Position numbers and translations under genes: made by a program. The notes beneath the pieces are model-generated. The model saw only the letters and a program-made list of their open reading frames with translations, did no database searches and had not been told where the DNA came from. 64,000 nucleotides of DNA from contig JAAOMT010000675.1 in the NCBI GenBank assembly GCA_016748015.1, positions 868,001 to 932,000 on the forward strand, given 5' to 3'. The number at the start of each line of letters is the position of its first letter. The first letter of the stretch is position 1. The DNA comes from Geosiphon pyriformis uo1. Its lineage: Eukaryota > Fungi > Glomeromycota. Positions 1 through 10,400 of the stretch are shown piece by piece.

Positions 1-1165
1 CTGTGTGAAATGGTCTGTCCCATTTGGGATCAAATTTTCTATTCTATTGTTTTTCCATTTTGGTATGATGTAGAAGTACTTTGTCTCCAATCTTGAATTC
101 AACTGGTTTTTCTGGTAGTTGGTTATCATGTCTTTCTTTTTATTTTTCTTGTGACTTTTGAATATTATTAGCTGCTTTTTGCCATTTGTTTTCTAGTGTC
201 TCCATTAAGTTATATGTTCTTCTCAACAATGTTTTTTGAAAATTCTCTTCTGTTATTGGTTTTGTTGAATATGTTTTGACTTCTATCTTAACTGATAAGA
301 TTGCTGTTCTACTATATACTAGTTTAAATAGTGTTACTTGTATAGTGTCTTGCTTCATTGTTCAAAAAGCAAATAACACTGATGGTATAAACAAATCTTA
401 TTTGTCTTGGTTTTTTTGGCTGATTTTGGCAATGGCTTCACACAATGTTCTGTTAAACTTTTTAACTAACCTATTTGTTTGTGGATAGTATAGTAATGAT
501 AATGGTCTTTTTATCCCAAATCTTTGACTTAATTCTGCCAATGTTTTATTCACAAAGTGAGTTTTTTAATCTGATAATAGTTTTTTTGGACATTTATGTC
601 AACAAATTAAATTTTAATAAATGAATTCAGCAACAGATTCTGCATTTGTGCTTTGAATGGCTTTTGCTTCTGGCCATTTTGTGAGATAATTCATGGCTAC
701 TGTGATATATCTGTTGCCTTTGCTGGTTATTGTTAATGGTCTAACCAAGTTAATTCCAATGTGATCAAATGGTTGTCCCACTCTGATTGGTCTCAATGGT
801 TCACTGGGTTTTGTTTCACCTTTTCTTTGACAAACATCACAATTTTGAACATATTAGATGATATTTAAATACATTAATAACCAATAGTATCTTTTTCTGG
901 TTCTTTCCATGGTTGTTTCTTTATGAAAATATTCTGCTGTTGGATCTGAGTATATGTTAAATAATATTGCCTCTTTTTTTGGTTCTGTAATTACTCTGGT
1001 TGGTTGGTCTGGATTTCTTTTGTTTTTCTGGTAAAGTATATTTTGATGATTGATAAAATATTTTAATTGTTGTTTTATGTTCTTTTGTTTTTTTTAAAAT
1101 AATTTCTCCTTGAACAATTTGGTATTTATATAATGTTAAAGTTGTTGATATTTTTGTATATTCAT
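1..1165 (-). pseudogene. int: E1 integrase (separate ORF with own ATG at 1165), decayed, runs off the window
   Basis: MNIQKYQQL..YINT start; CDVCQR; GINLVRPL..RYITVAMNYLTKWPEA (614-796); FNRTLCEA; PSVLFAF; multiple premature stops. Confidence 0.92.
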
Positions 1166-1196
1166 TTTTTTGTTATATTTTTGAGTTAAAATGTTT

Positions 1197-4100
1197 TTAG
1201 ATTTGTCTTATTCATAACAATCTGTTAATATTTCCATTTTCTTTTCTTTTTTTGTAATGCACTGTATAATTAAATGGTAAAAGTTCTATTTTCTATTTGG
1301 CATGACAATTATCTCCAAATTTTTGCTTTTAAATTAAAGTCAATCCTTTGTGATTAGTGTACACATTAAACTTTTGACTCAAGTATTCTTTTTATTTGAT
1401 AATAGCTCAATAGATAGCTAAGTGTTCCAGTGCTGAAGTTCTATAGTTCTTTTCAGCTGGACTTAAGCTTCTACTGGCATAAACTACTGGATGTTCTCTT
1501 CTATCTGGTTTTTTTTGTAATAGTACTGTTCTCAATGCTTGGCCTGATACATTAGTGATGATAATAAATAGTTTGCTGTAATCTGGATAGATTAATATTG
1601 GGGCTTGAATAAGTTTTCTTCTTAGTGTGTCAAAGGCTTTTTGTTGGATTTCAGTTTACTCATATTTGGTGTTTTTTGTTTAGAATTGGTGTAGTGATTG
1701 AGCTATTTTGGAAAAGTCTTTGATAAAGCAGCAGTAGTATTTAGCAAATCCCAAGAATACTCTTAATTCTGTGAGACTATTTGGTACTGGAAAGTTCTTA
1801 AAAATTTTAATCTTGTCTAGATCTGTTTTGATATCATTTTTGCTTACAACATATCTCAAAAACTTGAGTTTTGTTTTGCCAAAGAAACATTTGTTTGCGT
1901 TTAATTTCAATCCTGCTCATCTGAGTTTTTCAAATACTTGTCGAAGATGATGCAGATAATCATTAAATGTTTTTGAGAACACATTGGTGTCATCTAAGTA
2001 TACGGCTACTGATTTCCATAGTAGCCCAATATAAACAATTTCCATAAGTCACTGAAAAGTGGCTGGAGCATTCATTAAGCCAAATGGCATAACTTCGAAT
2101 TTAAAGTTCTTTTTTCATGTTGTAAAAGCCATTTTCTCTTTGTCTTCCAGTTTTATGGCTACTTACCAATAATTACTGTCTAAGTTTAATGTTAAGAACC
2201 ATTTTTTTTTTCCAAAAGCATCAAAAAGTTCTTGGATCTTTAGAGTTAGATAGTTATCTCCTTTTGTCACTTCATTCAGTTTCCAGTAATTCACACAAAA
2301 GCAGATTTTTCTATTCTTCTTATGAACTAGTACTACTGGTGATAACTATGGGCTCATTGATAGCTGAATTAGCCCATTTTTAAGCATCCGATTGATTTCT
2401 TAACAAATAATTTTATGGCTGGCTGGTAGTACTCTGTATGCTCTTTGTTTTATTGGCATTGCATCTCCAGTCTTGATCTGATACTAGATGATGTCAGTTC
2501 TGCCAAATTTGTTTTCACTGGTAAAGATATCATTGAAATTGTTAAGTAACATCTTAAGCTGCATATATTGTAATGGATCCAAGTTTCTCATGTTCATTTG
2601 TTCCAACTGTTCTGGCTGGAGCAAATAGCATTCTTCTTGTCTGTATATCATTTAAGATATAATATTTATATATCTACACAGTTGTAAAAAATCTGGAATG
2701 GTGTTTGGCAGTTGGTTTTCAATTTTGGTGATTAAGTATCTAATAGTGGTTCTTTCTGGTATTTTGATGATATTTCCCATGTTGTTGTAAATAAGAATTT
2801 TGATGTAACTGTTCTTGGCTGGTATGTGTAGATTGACTAATCTAATTTTTTCTGATCCACAAAGTGTTGCTTCTGTCTCAAAAATCTAAACTTGATCCTT
2901 TACTTTTTTCTCTATAATTACCATGTACTGGTTATATGATGGAATGAAAATTGATTGACAGGTGGAGATAATTTCTTTCTTTTCAACAATTTTTTTCTCT
3001 GCCATATTAACTAGTATATCTATTCTACCCATGGATCCAAAACTCTGTATTCTTCTAGCTGTAATTCCTATTTTTTCTCTGTTTCCCATTGACACTAATT
3101 GAGCTATTTTAACCAGAAACAGGAATATTGCCTGTGCTATCTTTTCATTTGGTTCTATAATATAGGTCTTTTCCGAATCATTTTATAACATAGCAATAAT
3201 ATTTTTTATATATCTTGCATCAATTATTCCTCCTCTGATGTTGATTCCCTTTTTTGTTAAACTACTTCTAGATGCTAGTTAAACTATCATTGTTGCTAGA
3301 ATTTTCAATGCTATTTTGAGATCAATGCATATATGTAAATGTGATTCCAATTTGATGGCATCTTTTTCTGAATATCTCAGATCAAACTTGGCATCAGTAT
3401 TATGCACATGTTCTAACATAATACTTTCATTATTATTGTTGAACCATTTTAGCTCTTGCTTCTTAATGAGATCAGAGAGTGCAATATATGTTTTGAGATT
3501 TGTATCAGAGTTTGAATCATTGTTATTTTCATTGCCATCTTGGGCGACATTAGAACTTTTGTTTTTGTCATTGTTATTGTCAGAGTTTGAATTGGGATTG
3601 AAAGTTGATTCTGATTCTGATGCACAGCTGCTAATTGGTTTGTCTTTCTCTGGAATTGTGTAGATCATATGTGGTAGTAAATTGTAAATAAGGTCACACT
3701 CATTATAATATTGGAAGTCACATAAAATTAGGCAGTGTTGACACAGTTAAGTGTTCAGCTGCTCTAAGTGTTGCTCTTGCTCTTCTCAGATGGGTGCTAA
3801 TTCTTGGTAATGTTCATGAAATTGTTCTGGATCTAGTAGATTTATGACTGGTTCTGGGTCCCAATCAAGTTCTATAGGTTCTGGGGGTTTATTTTTTATT
3901 ATTCTGATTTCCTTGGGTGACATGCTTTTGATTTTGATAAGTGTCATTCACCATATTTTATCATCGTTGTGTGGACAACCATCTAGGTGTTTTACTGCTC
4001 TTCTCCAGGCTGCTTCTATTGGTGTCCTTTTCTTAATCCAATTACTTATTAGAATTATGTATTGACACAATTTGTCACATGTTCCCCCTCTTTCAGAAAT

Positions 4101-6427
4101 GTCATTTCACATTCTTTTATCGAGGAGAGTTGTTTTACAAGCCAAGCATGACTCATTATCCCATTTTCCAACTTGTTTTGGTCTTCCAAAGCATTCAATG
4201 AGGCATGAGCAGCAATAAAACTTAGTTGCTGTTAGCCATTTTTTGTCATCACCACAGTATGCACTCATTGTGGACAATTTTCTGTCACAGTTAACACATA
4301 CTAGTTTTGGTCAGTAATAGTTGGATTGTAATGGTATGATATAGATGTAGGGAATATGCATGGCAGTAGTGGTTGGTGTTGACTCTTCTTCTTTCCCTTT
4401 TCTTTTTCCTTTTGTATTCTTTTTTTACTTCCAAGTTAATGATTCATCTGAGTCATTGTTAGTTCTCCAGACTTGGTCAGCATTCCAAATAAGTTTTTCC
4501 TTTTGTTTTTCTTTTCCATTGTCATCCCAAGAGGGTATTGGCGGTAACTTGTGGTGGTCATCTTCAGTTCATAACACTTGATAGGCTTCCCAAGTAGGTT
4601 TTTTCTCTTTTTTCTCAAGCTCAATAAGTGGTGCTGGTGTGTTGGTGGTCTTAAAATAGCTATATGTGGCTGGTACATGGGTGTGTCAACTGTTCTGGCT
4701 AAGTTAAAGCTCCTGTGTGTTCCAGTTAAGCATTGTGTTGGTTTTGAACAACCAATTGTTACCAACGAGTACTTAGTATTGAGTAGCTTCTATGACTAAT
4801 ATCTTGATTGATATAATAATGTCATTGACTTTAATGAGTAGGTTATCTATTTTACCAATTGGAGTTTTGATTGCTTTATTGGCTGTTATTATTTTTGCAT
4901 TAGCAGCTCAATCAACTTGGTGATTTAATTGGTCTATAAGCTGTCTTGTAATGATGCTGCCAGCTAATTCACTATCTAGGATCAGTTTAATAGAATGGCC
5001 ATCAATTTTGGTATTAGTGTATATTGCAGTGATGGGTTTTTCCTCAAAAGCGGCTCCACTGAACAAAAGAACTTCTAATGGTTCTTTAATTTCAAAAGAA
5101 AATATAGCTGTAAGTGATTTGTTTTCCATAATGGCTGGTGGAATGTTGCTGGTAAGTGGTTTATTTTGATTAGGTTCTGTTTTGTTGGATGAGGCATCTT
5201 CTAGAGTTACTAAAAGACTTAAATAGTTCTGGAAACTTGGATTTTGTGTGTACCCAGTTCTTAAACTTCACTGGTGTGATCTTGATAACTGGTTTGTGAA
5301 GCTGAGAATCAGTTTGTAAACAACCATCAATAATTTCCAGTTTTGGATAACCCTTGATTTGGAATTTTCTGATGTCATCAGAGCTGAATTTGATAATGGT
5401 GTTAGAATTGGTGGTAATTAATATATTATTTAAGGCTGCGGCTAATAGATAGGTTGAGACTGTAGTTAATAGATAGATTAAGGCTGTGGTTGATAAACTA
5501 CAGGTGCTGGAGACTGATAAATTGGTGTTTGATAAATTTGCTGCTACATCATAAGTAGGTAATTCAGTTGATATAGTTCTGAGTTTGGTTGGTAATCCGG
5601 AGTTTGAAACTGATAATTGGGATTTCAATATTGATTTCTCAATCATTGGTTGCTTATTCTTTTTCGACAGTTGAATTGCAAATGTCCTTGTTTACCACAA
5701 TAGTGGCAAGCATGCATTTCTTGTTGCTACTATTAATTGGTTGATGATAATAGACATGGTTGATTTTGGGAACAATTTGAGTTTCTCTGATTGTTGTATC
5801 ATTGTGGAAGTTAATAAATTGCTTGATTGGTATTAGCTAAGTATCTTTCTAATTTCTGGTTGATTGATTCACTGATTTGCTTCAATTTGGAATCCAAGTT
5901 AGATGATCTGTTTATCACTAAATTTACAGCTTGGGTGTGGTTGGCTTTGAGTTTAGCTGCTTCAAAATCTCTGGCATTTATAACTGTGACTTGAAGGTCT
6001 GCTGGATGCATTGGAGGATGCTATTGCACAGGTCTCTAATGAATTGATTTAAAATTTGTGGTGCTGTGAAATAATCAGCCTGTATGGTCTGAATTTGGTG
6101 CAGATTTCTGTAGAAGCATCCTAAGTAAGTAGTGACTGCTTCATTTTCTCCTGTCTTGACAGTGGTAAAAGTGTTGGCCAATCGGTTGATGCTATTATTA
6201 TTACTGAAATATTGTAGAAATGCAAGCTTAAATGTATTGAAATCTTGAGGTTTGTTGGCTAAGCTTTGATACCATAAATTGGCAGTATCTTGAAGAAAAT
6301 AGGGGATGGCTTACATGGCTCTGACATTATTTCATTCATTGGCTGCAATGGCTTTTTCAACATTGTTCAGCCACACTTGGGCATTATCCTCTTTACCAGT
6401 GAATTTTTTGAGTTTTGTGATTGATGT
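1197..6427 (-). pseudogene. gag-pol: E1 Gag-PR-Cys-rich-dUTPase-RT-RNaseH polyprotein, decayed
   Basis: RT MPFGLMNAPATF and VYLDDT (about 1985-2090); KLNANKCFFG (1680-1910); RNase H; protease LILDSELAGSII (4908-5129); terminal TAA at 1197-1199. Confidence 0.93.
3030..3420 (-). pseudogene. dut: dUTPase domain of E1
   Basis: Motifs DAKFDL, ASRSSL, GGIIDARY, KIAQAI, QSFGSMG. Confidence 0.85.
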
Positions 6428-7409
6428 TGTTACTAGATAAAATTAAAGATATTGTTTAGCATGAAATTACCCTTATAAATCTTATCATTAATTAGCATAT
6501 ATTATTATTTCAAATTATTACTTATTACATTAGCAAAATGTCCAAAATTATCATTTAATTAATAACTCAATTTGTACATAACACAAATGTAACCTAAGTG
6601 CAATGATCAATTATGCAATACCCCGAAATATGTAACATTCAAAAGTTTGCCGAAATTTGTAGAAATTTACCAAAATAATTGATAGTTTACCAAAATATCT
6701 AATAGTTCGCAGAAATAACTTGTAGTTTGCTGAAATATATCTTTAGTTTAGTGAAATTGTAGAAAAGAGCAAAGTTCAAGTTCATAGAATAGTGTTATGA
6801 CAAGTTGTATAAAAAAAAAGCTTCTCTCTTTGAGAAAATGTATCTTACTTTAGATTTATTACTTAGAACCATTTCTATATACACAAAAAAAAATAAATAT
6901 CAAATAATTCGAAAAACCAAATTCTTTAATTATTGCACTTGGAAAATCCCCAAAACCCAACTAATGTTTTAAAATTGATTAGCTACCAATTTCAGTAAAA
7001 CTGTTAGTAACTCCAGGCCTGAATAGAAAACGTTTCTCTTGACAAAATTCTATTTCTTTTACATTTTTTTTATTTTATTTATTTTATTTTCTTATTATAA
7101 TCATTAGAATAGCTTACAAACGAGATTTCTGTAGAAGAGTTGACTTTCACAGCAAAGTAACTACACATTTTAGTGAGCTTCTAGACGAGCAATTCCTGGG
7201 AAAGAGTTGATGTTTACTACAATGTAACTACACAAAGCAACTGGCATGGAATTGGCCATTCCACTTATAAGCCCAGCAGTTCAAATTATAGGAAATAATT
7301 TGAAGATAAATTCAGTTACTGGAGGTTCAACTACTTCTAGAAAACATGAATTTGCAATCAACAGACAGTTACAACATTCAAGAAAAGAGACCAAAAACCT
7401 CCAGTAACA
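6428..7409 (+). repeat. E2 5' LTR
   Basis: TGTTACTAG...CCAGTAACA; aligns along its full length with 15323-16304. Confidence 0.96.
6645..6760 (+). repeat. E2 U3 ~20-bp tandem repeats (GTTTGCCGAAAT core)
   Basis: About six degenerate copies; also present at about 15540-15655 in the 3' LTR. Confidence 0.75.
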
Positions 7410-7411
7410 TT

Positions 7412-7429
7412 TGGTGCTCTCCCATAGAA
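7412..7429 (+). promoter_or_regulatory. E2 primer binding site TGGTGCTCTC...
   Basis: TGG (complement of tRNA CCA) 2 nt after the LTR end; same core as the other families. Confidence 0.85.
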
Positions 7430-7454
7430 ATAACACAGCAACAACAAATTCAAA

Positions 7455-10400
7455 GTGGCAACCACACCAGACACAGCAACTTTAGAGTATTACCAGTCAA
7501 TTTACACACACTGCAAGCAAAGATTCAACATTTCAGACGGAATTGAAGTTGTCAAGAAATCAGTATACCAATACATTGAAAACCAAATCAACAATTATCT
7601 TTTTGGAAACTACAACATTTCAGAAGTTAGAAGCAATCTTTACAATAATTTAGTGCACTATTCACAATTGGGAACAGAAGATCTGAACAGTAAAACACTT
7701 GCTACCTACTTCCAAAAACTTAATTTTAACATTATTGAGTATTGTGAAGAAAAATACCCAGTACAGTTTAAATACTCTTTTGATTTTGAATCAGAGACAG
7801 AAACAAGCAACAAAGGTAAACAAAAATTGAAGCAATACTTAAAAACCACCCCAAATACTCCAATACTACCAAAAACAACTGCCAAAAACTTACAAACACC
7901 TGAACAAGAAACCAGTTCAAAACTCCCACTCACTATTACACCTTTTTCAGCTTCACTTGCACAAGCAGAAACTCCTAATTTATCTTTAAATTGATTTTCG
8001 AGACTAGAAAATTATATATCACCCAGAAGTCCCACTAGACAACAAGAAACCTTTCAGACTAGTATCAATCTTTTTGACTATTTAGCAGAAAACACAAGCA
8101 AACACTCTGAAACATTAGCCAATGAATAAAACGTTTCTGAAACCATTGAAGAAGAAGTAGAATCTGAAGAAGAAAGTAAATTAACAGATAACGAGGAAAA
8201 AGACAAAATGACAGCTTATATTGCAAAAATTCCCGAATTTAATGGAGAAAATATTGAGACCAGTCCCCAAGAATGGCTTGACCAAGTTACTAAAACTGGA
8301 GATGCAAATGGATGGAATGCTGCCAGAATGTTAAGAACAATTCCTTACTTTCTTAAAAGAACAGTAGGCAAATGGTTCAAAAACTTGACCACTCCTTTTA
8401 ATAACTAGACAGCTTTCAAAACTGCCTTTTTAGAATAATTCACTAATAACAACACCTCCATTACTCTTCGAAATTGTTTTCACAATATCAAACAAGAACC
8501 CTCCAAATCTGTTATGACTTATATTGGGAAATTCAACAAACTTCTCAAACAAATTTGCCAACTTGAAACTAATGATTATTATTCCAATGCTCAAATCTTG
8601 GATTAATTTATCACTGGTCTAAAGGATAAACTGATTAAAAAGATTTGCCCACATGCTCCAGAAGATTTAAACTCTGCCATACAGCATGCAAAAAGATACA
8701 AAATGGCCATAGAAGAGGCCAATTGCACAAAACTTATAAACTTGGCCATTGGAAAAAATCAACCAACTCATGAAGAAAGTCGAAAACTATTTTACCAACC
8801 AACAACAACAGCAACTCCAAAGATATCAACCATCCCAAAGATGAAATCAAAATAACTTCACATCATCCTCTAATAACCAGCCTCAAAATTGCCATTACTG
8901 TAGAATTCCTGGCTACTGGAAAAGAGATTGCAAAAAGCTACAACAAGACCAATAAAATAGGAGTAATCAATGTTACTCTCCACCACAGCAATTTTATTAT
9001 CAACCACCACCACCAGCTTACTATCTACCAAGACCCCAATACCAAAATAACTATTATCAGTCCACCTCACAGCCAATCCAACAGCAATACTAACAACCAC
9101 CCACACAATATTATCAAGTACTTGCTCAAAGATTGATTACACAAAATCAATTCACACCACAAAACCAATACCAAGTAAACAACAATAGAATTAGTTTGAA
9201 CAACCAATTGGTTCCCTGAAATTTTGCTTAACTAAGACTCAACCACTATCACACTCAACCCAATTATTTAACAATGCCAGAAGAACAGAATTTTTACTAT
9301 ATTGCACTCTCGGAAGGTAGAACTGCAACACGACAACAAAACCCTTCCTATACTCTTATCACAATCCCACCAGCCAGAATTGCTGAAAATGCTAACCTTT
9401 TAGATATATTCCCTTTTGAGTTTGAAGCAAATGAGTCACCATTCCTGCTCAGCAATGCAGCCACCAACGAACAAAAAGCAATCACTGCTATGTACACTAA
9501 AGCAAAAGTTGAAGAAAAGACAATTCACTTGATTCTAGACAGTAGATCTGCTGGAAGCATCATCATCTACCAGTTAATGCAACAGTTAAAGAGAAATGTT
9601 GACCAACCAGCTCAGACAGTAATCATCACTGCTGATGACATGAAAAAGACTCCCATAGGAGAAATTGACAATTTTCTGTTCACTCTTGATGGAATCACCA
9701 TTCCAGTCAAAGTTCTTGTAATAAATGCACTCCAGTATCAAGCTCTTGTTGGAAATAATTGGCTCCAAAAAGCCAATGCAAAATTAAACTGGAAAACCCA
9801 AAAATTACAACTCTCCTATCAAGGACAACATGCCCGAGTACCCACTACTTGTGGTACATTCAACAAATGATCGGAGAAAGCCCCTGTCTTTGAATTTGAA
9901 AAGGAGAAAGAAAAGCCTGTAGTCAAAACATTTATGGTCCTTGAATCAACATCTAACTGGGCTGAAGAAACTGAGCAAACGTATTTTACAACAAAATTAT
10001 ATCCAGAGGAATCAGAAACCCCTGAATAGAATATCTCATATTTTAAACCAGAACCAAAAAAATGACACCCTTACATTCCACTCAAATGCAAGGACTGCCA
10101 CAAGAAATTCTCCTCAATGGGAGCCTGCATTTTACCTGAAGAAAAATATGAAAATTATACTTGTTATTACTACAAAGCTTGCCACAAAGAATGATGGGAC
10201 CATCTAATAAAAAGAAGTAGAAAATAGGACAACACCCCTTGTTTGACTTGTGGAGATATGCTACCAAAAGAATGCAATTGGATTGATGTAGCAATGAGAG
10301 AAGGAGTCTGCAATCAAACCTGCCAATATGCTTTATCAATTTCAGAAAAAGTTAAAAAAAGAACACCTTTTGATGCAGCATACAACAATGCTCTTAACAA

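Larger units (their letters stand above)
1..6427 (-). mobile_element. E1: Ty3/Gypsy LTR retrotransposon fragment, family alpha (capsid through integrase; 5' part missing, 3' part outside window)
   Basis: Minus-strand order is capsid (AKLxKFTGxED..QAIPYFL), CCHC knuckle, protease LILDS, Cys-rich region, dUTPase, RT, RNase H, integrase; collinear with E4, E5 and E8. Ends abruptly at the E2 LTR at 6428. Confidence 0.95.

Noticed and set aside
3316-3663. Antisense ORFs in the track (this one, 23966-24379, 59312-59596 and similar) as real genes
   Set aside because: They are shadows of the A-rich coding strand, with inconsistent boundaries between sister copies and no motifs.
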